Assembly (NCBI GenBank): GCA_004295005.1
Contig: SHNG01000017.1
Coordinates: forward strand, 15,969-79,968
Length of the DNA stretch: 64,000 nucleotides
From: Gammaproteobacteria bacterium
GTDB lineage: Bacteria > Pseudomonadota > Gammaproteobacteria > Xanthomonadales > Rhodanobacteraceae
Reading direction: 5' to 3'
The notes under the pieces were generated by a model that had not been told where the DNA came from, made no database searches, and saw only the letters and a list, made by a program, of their open reading frames with translations. The position numbers were made by a program, and so were the translations under genes. This document shows positions 30,305 to 39,557 of this stretch, in pieces; positions within the stretch are counted from its first letter, which is position 1, and every line of letters starts with the position of its first letter.

Positions 30305-32713
30305 ATGGCTGAGCGTTTCAAGATCGCCATTGTCGGCTCCGGACCCGGAGGCCTCTCCGCTGCCGCGCGCGCGGCCGAGCGCAACATCTCCCATGTCCTG
30401 CTGGAAGCGGAACCACATCTTTCCAACACGATTTTCCTGTACCAGAAGGGAAAGTACGTGATGGATGAACCGGCAATCCTGCCATTGCGCTCTCCCATTC
30501 CGTTCGAAGCGGGTTTGCGCGAGACGATTCTCGGCAAGTGGGACGAGTCAACCGCAAAGCTGAAGGTCAACGTTCGCTACCAGCATGAGGTTTCGGCCAT
30601 TCAGCGCCGTGCCGATGGCATTTTCGAGTTGAGATGCCAGAACGGAAGAACCGTGGAGGCCGAAGCGGTCGTGCTTGGCATCGGCCTGCAGGGAAACCTG
30701 CGCAAGCTGGGGGTGCCCGGGGAAGACCTCCCTTTCGTGCAGTACCAGCTCGACGACCCCGAAGCCTACGAGGGCGAAACCATTGTCGTCGTGGGTGCCG
30801 GCGATGCCGCCATCGAAAACGCCGTGGCCCTGGCCAGGCAGAACAACGTCATCATCATCAATCGCAAGGACGAATTCGCACGCGCCAAGAAAGGCAACGA
30901 GCAGGCCATCCTCAAGGCCATCGACGACGGTGTCATCGAGTGTTACTACAACTCCGCCCCGGAAAAGGTCGAGGCCCTGAGCGCGGGCCGCAAGCCCGGC
31001 CGCATGATCCTGAACACCTCGAACGGGCGCGCGCAGATCCTGCTGGATCGCGTCATCGCGCGACTCGGGGCCACTGCCCCGCGCGGATTCGTTGAAGGCT
31101 GCGGCGTGGTGTTCCCGAGCAAGGATCCGGCATCCGTTCCCGCGATCAGCGCCCAGTACGAGTCCAACGTGAAGGGCCTGTATATCGTCGGCGCCCTGGG
31201 TGGCTACCCGCTCATCAAGCAAGCCATGAACCAGGGCTACGAAGTCATCGAGTACATCACCGGAAATCCGGTGGAGCCCGCCGATGCCCCCCTGCTCAAG
31301 GCCAAGTTCAACAACCTCAAGGGAATCGGCACGGTCGAACAGACCCTTGCCCAGATCCAGCGCAATGTTCCCCTGCTCTCGCATATCACACCGTTGCAGA
31401 TGCGCGAATTCATGCTCGATTCGGACATCCGCACTCCGGCCCAGGGCGAGATCATCTTCGAGCGCAATGACTACACCAACAGCTTCTACTCGATCGTGGA
31501 AGGTGAGGTGCATATCGTGGTCGAGGACAAGCCGGCCCCGGTGATCCTGAGGCGTGGCGAGTTTTTTGGCGAGATGAGCCTGATCTCCGGTCGTCGTCGC
31601 ACCGCCACCGTCAAGGCCGGACCCAACTGCATCCTGGTGGAAACACCGCGCAGGTCAATGAACCGGCTCATCAGTTCGGTTGAAGCCGTGAAGGCGGAAA
31701 TCGATCGCGCCTTCATCACCCGCGCCATCCGTTCGCGATTTGCGGCGGAGGCAAGTCCCGAGCAGTTGCAGGACCTGGCCAGCGGTGCAAGCCTCAAGCG
31801 ATACAAGGCGGGAGAGCTGGTATTCCAGGAGGGCGATGAGGGTGATTGCCTGCACCTGGTCCGGCTTGGCTCGCTGACCATCTCGCGCAACATCGGCGGC
31901 AAGGACATTGTGCTGACCTATGTCGCGGCAGGCAATTACGTTGGTGAAATGGCCCTGATGGGTGAAGCCAAGCGTTCCGCAACAGCACGCGCTGCGATCG
32001 CCACCGAGACCATCCAACTCGACGGCGCCGCCTTCAAGAAGCTGCTCAACCGCATTCCGGCGCTGCGCCTGCGCCTGCAGAAGGAATTCAAGGATCGCAC
32101 CGCAGCCAACCTGTCCATGCAGGCCTTGCCTGGCGGCGGAGACATCATCTCCTTCCTCATGGCGCAGGGCGCCGGAGAAGCAACCGACATCCTGCTGATC
32201 GACGAATCGCTCTGCGTTCGTTGCGACAATTGCGAGAAGGCCTGTGCGGAAACCCACGGCGGCACCTCGCGACTGGATCGCGAAGCGGGTCCGACCTTCG
32301 CCAACGTGCATGTACCCACCTCATGCCGCCATTGCGAACACCCCCATTGCATGAAGGACTGTCCGCCCGATGCAATCCGCAGGGCACCCAATGGCGAGGT
32401 GTTCATCGCCGACAACTGCATCGGTTGTGGCAACTGCGTGCGCAACTGTCCGTATGGCGTGATCCACATGGCGAGCAAGCCGCCCAGGAAACCCGGATTG
32501 ATCCAGTGGCTGCTGTTCGGGCGCGGCCCGGGTCCCGGTGAGGCACCTTACGATCCTGATGCGGAACATGATCCCAAGTTGAAGAAGGCGGTCAAATGCG
32601 ACATGTGCAAGGATCAGGCTGGTGGCGCCGCATGTGTGCGTGCGTGTCCCACGGGCGCTGCCATCCGCATCAGCCCCGAGGAATTCCCGGCCTATGCCCA
32701 GTCGCGACGTTGA
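30305..32713 (+). CDS. FAD/NADPH oxidoreductase (TrxB/FNR-like) fused to two cyclic-nucleotide-binding domains and a 4x[4Fe-4S] (DmsB/NrfC-type) domain
   Basis: GSGPGG, GAGDAA…INRK, GLYIVGAL; FFGEMSLISGRRRTAT and YVGEMALMGEAKRSAT; CVRCDNCEKAC, CRHCEHPHCMKDCP, CIGCGNCVRNCP, CDMC…CVRACP. Confidence 0.88.
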   Translation: MAERFKIAIVGSGPGGLSAAARAAERNISHVLLEAEPHLSNTIFLYQKGKYVMDEPAILPLRSPIPFEAGLRETILGKWDESTAKLKVNVRYQHEVSAIQRRADGIFELRCQNGRTVEAEAVVLGIGLQGNLRKLGVPGEDLPFVQYQLDDPEAYEGETIVVVGAGDAAIENAVALARQNNVIIINRKDEFARAKKGNEQAILKAIDDGVIECYYNSAPEKVEALSAGRKPGRMILNTSNGRAQILLDRVIARLGATAPRGFVEGCGVVFPSKDPASVPAISAQYESNVKGLYIVGALGGYPLIKQAMNQGYEVIEYITGNPVEPADAPLLKAKFNNLKGIGTVEQTLAQIQRNVPLLSHITPLQMREFMLDSDIRTPAQGEIIFERNDYTNSFYSIVEGEVHIVVEDKPAPVILRRGEFFGEMSLISGRRRTATVKAGPNCILVETPRRSMNRLISSVEAVKAEIDRAFITRAIRSRFAAEASPEQLQDLASGASLKRYKAGELVFQEGDEGDCLHLVRLGSLTISRNIGGKDIVLTYVAAGNYVGEMALMGEAKRSATARAAIATETIQLDGAAFKKLLNRIPALRLRLQKEFKDRTAANLSMQALPGGGDIISFLMAQGAGEATDILLIDESLCVRCDNCEKACAETHGGTSRLDREAGPTFANVHVPTSCRHCEHPHCMKDCPPDAIRRAPNGEVFIADNCIGCGNCVRNCPYGVIHMASKPPRKPGLIQWLLFGRGPGPGEAPYDPDAEHDPKLKKAVKCDMCKDQAGGAACVRACPTGAAIRISPEEFPAYAQSRR

Positions 32714-32798
32714 TATGACTGCGCACGACCACTGCGCGGAAAGCCGCATCGGACCGAAGCCGATCCATTTCCGCCACTTGGCAGTGCGGGAGTAGTCC

Positions 32799-33704
32799 GT
32801 GCACGATTCCATCCTCACCTACGCAAAGTCCCGCTATCTGTGGATATCGATCGTGCTTTGCGTCGTCTCGATTGCCTTGTACGTTTGGCACGATCCCGCG
32901 GTGGCCCCCAATGGCGGCACCTGGCTTGGCTACACCCTCGGCACCATTGCCGCCTTGCTGATCGTCTGGCTGATGCTGTTCGGCATCCGCAAGCGCAGCT
33001 ATGCCACCAACATGGGCACCACGCGTGGCTGGCTGTCCGCGCACATCTACCTTGGCACCAGCCTGATCCTCATCACCCTGCTGCATTGCGGTTTCCAGTT
33101 TGGCTGGAACCTGCACACCTTTGCCCTCGTGCTCATGCTGATCGTGATTTTCAGCGGCTTTTTCGGCGTGTATGCCTACCTTCGCTATCCGACCCTGATG
33201 ACACGCAACCGCGAGAGCGCCACCCGCGATGCGATGCTCGAGGAGATCAGCGAGATCGACCAGAACGCCTTGAACCTGGCAGACGGCATCGCACCGGAAA
33301 TCCATGCCGTGGTTCTGCGTTCGATCGAAAACACCAAACTCGGCGGCGGCGTGCTGACCCAGTTGCGCGCGCGCGATGGCTCCGACATTGCCATCGCCAA
33401 GATCCGCAGCGCCATGGAACAACGCGAAACCCAACTCGGTGCGGCACCTGCCCCCATGCAGGCCGGCCAGACCATGATCATGATGGTTGATTTCCTGGCC
33501 GGCCGCGCCGATGACAAGCAGGCCGAAGCCCTGCGCAAACTCATCGACATGCTCTCACGCAAGCGCTCGCTGGCGACCCGCGTCGCCCGCGACATCCAGT
33601 ACCAGGCAATCATGGAGATCTGGCTGTACTTCCACGTTCCGTTGTCGGTCACCCTGCTCGCGGCCCTCATCGGCCACATCGTGTCCGTGTTCTTCTACTG
33701 GTAA
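32799..33704 (+). CDS. Polytopic inner-membrane protein, putative cytochrome b / ferric-reductase-like
   Basis: Multiple hydrophobic helices with intramembrane His: WLSAHIYLG, TLLHCG, WLYFHVPLS, LIGHIV; GTG start with GGAG. Confidence 0.7.
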   Translation: MHDSILTYAKSRYLWISIVLCVVSIALYVWHDPAVAPNGGTWLGYTLGTIAALLIVWLMLFGIRKRSYATNMGTTRGWLSAHIYLGTSLILITLLHCGFQFGWNLHTFALVLMLIVIFSGFFGVYAYLRYPTLMTRNRESATRDAMLEEISEIDQNALNLADGIAPEIHAVVLRSIENTKLGGGVLTQLRARDGSDIAIAKIRSAMEQRETQLGAAPAPMQAGQTMIMMVDFLAGRADDKQAEALRKLIDMLSRKRSLATRVARDIQYQAIMEIWLYFHVPLSVTLLAALIGHIVSVFFYW

Positions 33705-33749
33705 CCCGCAAGCCATGACCCGCACCCGGAAATCATGCTTACGCGTTGG

Positions 33750-33859
33750 GGAAACCCTGAACAAGGACGGAACTCATTCGTCGCGAGCAGGCTCGCTCCC
33801 ACAAAATCAAGCAATGGCGGGAGCGAGCCTGCTCGCGACAATACTTGTTCAGACCTGCC
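33750..33859 (+). mobile_element. 110-bp MITE, copy 2, inside the multiheme operon
   Basis: GGAAACCCTGAACAAG … CTTGTTCAGACCTGCC; same length and internal REP doublet as copy 1. Confidence 0.8.
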
Positions 33860-33875
33860 TCAGGAGGCCAGGCCC

Positions 33876-35558
33876 ATGCGTTGGCTGATACGACGCGTCC
33901 TGAAGAAGGGCAAGGGTTCGATCTCCTACGAGGACGACATCCACTTCGGTGAAATCCTCACCATAGGACGCGCAGCGGACCAGGCCATTTTCCTGCCCGA
34001 CCTTCGCGCTGCACTCAACCATGCCAGTGTCACCGCCTTGGGCAATGGCCAATATCGTGTCGAGTCGCTCATCGTCGCCGGCATCCGCGTCAATGGCGAG
34101 ATCACCTACACGAAAGCCGTCGGTACGGGCGCAGTCATCGAGTTGGGCTCCACGCGCCTGACCCTGCTTGATGCGCGCGGAGAGTTCGACGCCGCCGTTG
34201 AAGTGTCCACAATCGACAAGAGTGAACAAGCTGCCATCCGCTCCAGCCGCAGCAAGCCAACCAGCCTTGAGCAGACCTGGATCGCCAAGCGCTGGCCTTC
34301 CTGGACCGGGTTCATCCTGGTCCTGGCATTGGGCCTGATCCTGCCGGCCTCGACCCACGTCATACCCGGCTTCAACACCGTATTGCGCTATTCACCACTG
34401 CCCAGCACCTCGTTCTGGAATCCCGGAGAAGTGGACGCCGCACACCAGTTCTTTGCAACCGACTGCAAGCGTTGCCACCAGCACGCCTTCCTCATGGTGC
34501 GGGACAATGCCTGCACGTCCTGCCACGTGAAAACCAGGGCCCATGCGGATCCGGCAAGATTCAACATTCCCGAACTGGGCGACGCTCGTTGCGGAACCTG
34601 TCATCAGGATCACAATGGCGAGCGTGGCATGGTCAGCCGCAAGCAGTCGCTGTGTTCGGATTGCCATGCCGATCTCAAATCACGCACGGCCGGCGCCAGC
34701 CAGGTCGCAGACATTTCGGATTTCGGCAAGGCGCATCCCGAGTTCCACATCAACCTGCCCGGCTGGGCTGGCAATGGCGAATTCATGCCCAAGTCGATGA
34801 CCTGGACCGCCGGTCTCAAGGAAAATTCGGGCCTCAAATTCAACCACGAGAAGCACCTGAAGGCAGACGGCCTCAATACCCCCAATGGCCGCAAGACCCT
34901 GACCTGCGCCAACTGCCATCTGCCCGATGCCGCGGGATCCGCCATGCAACCGATCGCCTTCGAGAGCATGTGCCACGAATGTCATCAGTTGGGTTTCGAC
35001 ACGCTTGCCCCAGGACGGGAGGTTCCGCACGCCGATGTTGCTGCCGTCACCTATACGCTCGACGAGTTCTACGCCCGGCGCGGACTCGAAGGTGGCTATG
35101 CCGACGCGCGTGCACCCACCATCGTGCAGGAGCGGCGCCGTCCGGGTTCGCCACCGATGTCACGCCAGGAACAGGTTGAAGCATTGTCCTGGGCGCGTGA
35201 TCGCGCCCGCGAAGCGGCGCGAACGCTCTTCACCGGCAAGGCGTGCGTTACCTGCCACTCGATCTCCCCGCCCTCCGGCGAATCCGACTGGAAGGTGGCG
35301 CCGGTCAGGGTTTCCGGAGTCTGGTATGCCGATGCGCGCTTCAGCCATGCCCGCCACGAAACCATGAAATGCGCCGATTGCCATGCCGGCGCCGAGCGTT
35401 CACAGGCTTCGAATGACTTGCTCATCCCCGGCATCGACAATTGCCGACAATGCCATGCGGGCGCACACGCCAGCGACAGGGTGGCCAGCACCTGTATTGC
35501 TTGCCATGCCTACCATCAGTCCAAAACCCTGACCCTCGACAAGCCCGGCAGCAGGTGA
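33876..35558 (+). CDS. Membrane-anchored decaheme cytochrome c with N-terminal FHA-like domain
   Basis: AGGAGG SD; LTIGR…H…IRVNG…IELG FHA-like fold; one TM (WTGFILVLALGLILP); 10 CxxCH (CKRCH, CTSCH, CGTCH, CSDCH, CANCH, CHECH, CVTCH, CADCH, CRQCH, CIACH). Confidence 0.88.
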   Translation: MRWLIRRVLKKGKGSISYEDDIHFGEILTIGRAADQAIFLPDLRAALNHASVTALGNGQYRVESLIVAGIRVNGEITYTKAVGTGAVIELGSTRLTLLDARGEFDAAVEVSTIDKSEQAAIRSSRSKPTSLEQTWIAKRWPSWTGFILVLALGLILPASTHVIPGFNTVLRYSPLPSTSFWNPGEVDAAHQFFATDCKRCHQHAFLMVRDNACTSCHVKTRAHADPARFNIPELGDARCGTCHQDHNGERGMVSRKQSLCSDCHADLKSRTAGASQVADISDFGKAHPEFHINLPGWAGNGEFMPKSMTWTAGLKENSGLKFNHEKHLKADGLNTPNGRKTLTCANCHLPDAAGSAMQPIAFESMCHECHQLGFDTLAPGREVPHADVAAVTYTLDEFYARRGLEGGYADARAPTIVQERRRPGSPPMSRQEQVEALSWARDRAREAARTLFTGKACVTCHSISPPSGESDWKVAPVRVSGVWYADARFSHARHETMKCADCHAGAERSQASNDLLIPGIDNCRQCHAGAHASDRVASTCIACHAYHQSKTLTLDKPGSR

Positions 35559-35697
35559 TTCGCGCAAGCCAGGAGCCTGCCTGAATCGCCTGTTGCACCA
35601 GTCAGGATTGCAACAGGGAATAGGCGACTTCGGTTCTCTGAGCTATGATCCCCGCAGGGTTCCGAAGGCAGGCAAAGCTCTGACAACGGGAGGGAGG

Positions 35698-37719
35698 ATG
35701 CGGATCATCAGGTTGGGCGCACTGCTCACGTCACTGTGCATGCTGTTTGCGTGCGGTGGAGGCAGCAACACCGACAGCGATGTCGGCACGAACAATCCAC
35801 CACCATCGGGAAACGGTGACTCCGGCTGCGCAGGCTCCTGCGCAAACGCCAGTTCCTTCCTCACCGTGGACGATGTTCAAAAGGTCATTGCGCAGGCGGT
35901 GAACGAGGCGCGGGCCTTGTCGAAACCCGCAACCATCGTGGTTACCGATCGGGTCGGCAATGTATTGGGAGCCTATCGAATGACGGGCGCCCCACCGACC
36001 CAGCTGGTCAATTCCGGTCGCGGCATCGTCGGTGGACTGGAAGGAATCCCCCTTCCCAGCGAGCTTACGGCCATCGCCAAGGCACTCACGGCCGACTACT
36101 TTTCATCCGAAGGCAATGCCTTCACCTCGAGAACCGCGGGACAAGTCGCCCAGGAGCACTTTGCCCCCGGCGACATCAGCGCACCTTCCGGCCCCTTGTT
36201 TGGCGTGCAGTTTTCACAGTTGCCCTGCTCGGATCTGAGCAGGCGGTTCAATGGCATTGGGCCCGACGCAGGACCGCATCGCTCCGGAATCGGCCTGGCC
36301 GCCGATCCGGGCGGCGTACCGCTTTACAAGGCCGGTGTTCCGGTCGGAGCGGTCGGTGTCGCAGCCGATGAAACCTATGGCGTGGACACCAGCACCGCTG
36401 ACATCGACCGCAACATCGATGAGTTCATTGCCATTGCCGGAAGTTACGGATTTGCCGCACCCGCGGATCGTCGCGCCAACCAGATCACTGCGGGCGGCTT
36501 GAGCCTGCGCTATGCGGATGTTGATTTTGCCGGACTCACCCAGGACCCGGCCGGAGCGCCTGCCTTCGCGAGCCTCGGCCCGGAAACCGGCGGCGTCATT
36601 CCGATCCCCCTGTTTTTCACCGGCACCATCGTGCGCGGCTTGGCCTTTGGCCAGGTTGAATCCGGAATCCGTCCCGACCCGGTCAATTTCCCTGGCCTGG
36701 ATGCATTCGTTGTCGATGATGGAACCGGCACCAACCGCTTTCCTCCGCGCGATGGCACCGACGGTCCCGATGCACTGACGGCCAACGAGGTCCTCACCCT
36801 GCTGCGCGAGTCATTGGCCGTTGCCAATCGCACGCGCGCCCAGGTGCGCCGTCCCTTCGGTTCCCCGGCGGGTGAAACCATCGTCGTGGTGGATACCAAT
36901 GGCGTCGTGCTTGGCATCGTGCGTTCACGTGATTCACTGCTTGATGCCGTGGACGTGACCACGCAGAAGGCGCGCACGGCGGCATTCTTCTCGGGTGACT
37001 ACGCGGCTGCGGATATTGCCTCGATCGCGCCCATCAACTACGTGACCGGCTCTCTGGATATCGCCAATGGCCGCATCTCCTTTACCTCGGGGGCAGCCAG
37101 CGATCCGGCCGATTACGTCAGCGCATTCCAGGCGTTCCTGCCGCAATCCAGCGCGCTTGCTGATGGCGCGATTGCCTATTCGAACAGGGCCATCGGCAAT
37201 CTCTCGCGTCCGTTCTATCCGGATGGCGTGCCAGGTCGCCCACCCGGCCCCTTGAGCCCGCCCATTGAAAGCTGGAGTGTGTTCAAGACCGGTCTTGAGC
37301 TCGATATCGTCTACCAGCAGACCGTCGCGTTCCTGATCTACTATCTCCAGCAAAGCGGCTTGACCGTGAACCTGGACGGGACCGACCTGCCGGCGTTCAC
37401 CGACGTGCCAACCAGTTGCACGGGAGTGGATCGCATCGCCAACGGCATTTCCCTGTTTGGCGGCAGCGTCCCCATTTATCGCAATGGCGTGCTGGTCGGC
37501 GGCATCGGTGCATCCGGCGATGGCACCGACCAAAGCGACATGGTTGCCTTCCTCGGCTTGCACAATGCCGGGATCACCCTGGGCGGCGCCATCGGCAATG
37601 CGCCCACGGGAATCCGGGCTGACACCCTTGTGCCACAAGGCGCCCGCCTGCTCTATGTGCAGTGCCCACAGGCGCCGTTCCTGAATTCCACCGAGCAATA
37701 CGTGTGCGAGGGCAAGTGA
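35698..37719 (+). CDS. Lipoprotein with two GlcG/HbpS-like (DUF336) heme-binding domains
   Basis: Lipobox LFAC-GGG; IVVTDRVGN…AKALTA…GGVPLYKAGVPVGAVGV and IVVVDTNG…KARTA…GGSVPIYRNGVLVGGIGASGDG. Confidence 0.8.
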   Translation: MRIIRLGALLTSLCMLFACGGGSNTDSDVGTNNPPPSGNGDSGCAGSCANASSFLTVDDVQKVIAQAVNEARALSKPATIVVTDRVGNVLGAYRMTGAPPTQLVNSGRGIVGGLEGIPLPSELTAIAKALTADYFSSEGNAFTSRTAGQVAQEHFAPGDISAPSGPLFGVQFSQLPCSDLSRRFNGIGPDAGPHRSGIGLAADPGGVPLYKAGVPVGAVGVAADETYGVDTSTADIDRNIDEFIAIAGSYGFAAPADRRANQITAGGLSLRYADVDFAGLTQDPAGAPAFASLGPETGGVIPIPLFFTGTIVRGLAFGQVESGIRPDPVNFPGLDAFVVDDGTGTNRFPPRDGTDGPDALTANEVLTLLRESLAVANRTRAQVRRPFGSPAGETIVVVDTNGVVLGIVRSRDSLLDAVDVTTQKARTAAFFSGDYAAADIASIAPINYVTGSLDIANGRISFTSGAASDPADYVSAFQAFLPQSSALADGAIAYSNRAIGNLSRPFYPDGVPGRPPGPLSPPIESWSVFKTGLELDIVYQQTVAFLIYYLQQSGLTVNLDGTDLPAFTDVPTSCTGVDRIANGISLFGGSVPIYRNGVLVGGIGASGDGTDQSDMVAFLGLHNAGITLGGAIGNAPTGIRADTLVPQGARLLYVQCPQAPFLNSTEQYVCEGK

Positions 37720-37720
37720 C

Positions 37721-39541
37721 ATGCGTATCGGCATCCAGCACCGTCTGTTGACCCTCGCCATGGCAACGGCAGCGATTTCTGCCGCCTCGGGTGCATCCGC
37801 ACAAACCAGCAGCGCGCCGATGGCGTGGCTGCAGATGATCGGAATCATCCCTGCGCCCACCTACGATCCCTACGCTTCGCAGATTCCCCGGCGCCGCCCT
37901 GGGCATCCGCCGGAACCGTTGCCGATGTTCGTCGAGCAAAACCCCGATGGCCTGAATCCGGCTCCGGTCGATCAGGTCGGCGAGTTCGTGCCCGTGCCGG
38001 ATCGCTGGCGAATCATGGAAGCCCTCGGCGTCAATACGCCGTGGTACGACCCGTACAACCAGAACGTGCTCAAGGGCGACAAGCCGATCAACGAAGACAA
38101 ATGGTTCTTCTCGATGACCGGGATCTCCGACACCCTGCTCGAACCGCGTGGCATTCCAACGCCGGTGGGTCCGCAGGCCGGAGATCAACCCGGCTCCAAC
38201 GACGTGCTCGGCCAGACCGACCAGATCATCTTTGCGCAGACCGCGATCACCTCGTTCCTGTTGTACAAGGGCAATACGGCATTCAAGCCACCGGATGACG
38301 AGTTCAAGGCCACCCTGGCCATCAACTACAACCGGGTAAGAACCGAAGAAGTCCGTGCGCTTAATCTTGACCCGCGCCTGGGAACCGAGCGCGATGATGG
38401 ATTCATCGGCGTGCAGGAGCTGTTCTGGACACGCGACCTTCGCACGGCATCTGCCCGCTATGACGTAGATGAGGTTCGGGTTGGCATCCAGCCGTTCTCC
38501 TCGGACTTCCGCGGATTCCTGTTCCAGGACAACCAGCTCGGCGTGCGCTTTTTCGGCAATCGCGACAACAACCACTGGCAATACAACCTCGCCCTGTTCC
38601 GTCGCCTCGAAAAGGACATCAACTCGGGCCTGAATGACGTCACCAAGGGCCTGCGTGATGACGATGTGTTCATCGCCAACCTGTATCGCCAGGACTTTCC
38701 CTACACCGGTTTCGTTTCCCAGGCGATATTTGCCTACAACCGCAACCGCGAAGACTCCAGCTTCTATGATTCCAATGGCTTCATCCAGCGTCCGGCGGCC
38801 ATCGGTCGAGAATTTCCGCGCACCTATGACGTCGCCTATCTGGGCTACAACGGCGATGGCCACATCGGGCGGCTCAACCTGACGGTTTCCGCGTATGCCG
38901 CGTTCGGCAAGCAGAAGCCTGGCGTGTTCGTGGCCGAGGACACCGATATCCGTGCGGGATTCCTGGCTGCGGAAGCCTCCATGGATTTCGACTGGATCCG
39001 CCTGCGCGGTTCGTTGGCCTGGGCCAGTGGTGACGAGGATCCCTACGATGACCGCTCCACGGGATTTGATTCCATTTTCGAGAATCCGATCTTTGCCGGC
39101 GCGGACACCAGTTACTGGATTCGCCAGAACGTACCCTTGATCGGAGGTGGCGGCGTGGCCCTGGCCAGCCGCAATGGGCTGCTCGCCAACCTGCGTTCGT
39201 CCAAGGAACAGGGTCAATCCAATTTCGACAATCCCGGCATCCAATTGCTCGGGGTGGGCGCGGACTTCGATGTGACTCCACAATCGCGCATCTCCACGAA
39301 CATCAACGAACTCTGGTTCTCCGATACGGAAATCCTGAAAGCGGCACGTGCCACCGCCGATGTCGGTCGCAACATCGGCACCGATGTTTCGGTGGCCTGG
39401 ATCTGGCGGCCGTACGACACCCAGAACATCATCCTGCGCGTCTCTGCGGCCACCCTGTTGCCCGGCCAGGGACTCAAGGATCTGTTCGGCGAAGACACCA
39501 AATACTATTCGGTGCTAGGCAACCTGATTCTCACGTATTGA
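37721..39541 (+). CDS. Putative outer-membrane beta-barrel (porin-like)
   Basis: Signal peptide (…ASGASA-Q), many alternating amphipathic strands, C-terminal strand YSVLGNLILTY. Confidence 0.75.
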   Translation: MRIGIQHRLLTLAMATAAISAASGASAQTSSAPMAWLQMIGIIPAPTYDPYASQIPRRRPGHPPEPLPMFVEQNPDGLNPAPVDQVGEFVPVPDRWRIMEALGVNTPWYDPYNQNVLKGDKPINEDKWFFSMTGISDTLLEPRGIPTPVGPQAGDQPGSNDVLGQTDQIIFAQTAITSFLLYKGNTAFKPPDDEFKATLAINYNRVRTEEVRALNLDPRLGTERDDGFIGVQELFWTRDLRTASARYDVDEVRVGIQPFSSDFRGFLFQDNQLGVRFFGNRDNNHWQYNLALFRRLEKDINSGLNDVTKGLRDDDVFIANLYRQDFPYTGFVSQAIFAYNRNREDSSFYDSNGFIQRPAAIGREFPRTYDVAYLGYNGDGHIGRLNLTVSAYAAFGKQKPGVFVAEDTDIRAGFLAAEASMDFDWIRLRGSLAWASGDEDPYDDRSTGFDSIFENPIFAGADTSYWIRQNVPLIGGGGVALASRNGLLANLRSSKEQGQSNFDNPGIQLLGVGADFDVTPQSRISTNINELWFSDTEILKAARATADVGRNIGTDVSVAWIWRPYDTQNIILRVSAATLLPGQGLKDLFGEDTKYYSVLGNLILTY

Positions 39542-39557
39542 AGAGGCGCGCAGGACC

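Noticed and set aside
33735-33875. In-frame N-terminal extension of the FHA-decaheme through the MITE
   Set aside because: Strong AGGAGG precedes ATG 33876, and the extension is translated repeat sequence; probably chance.
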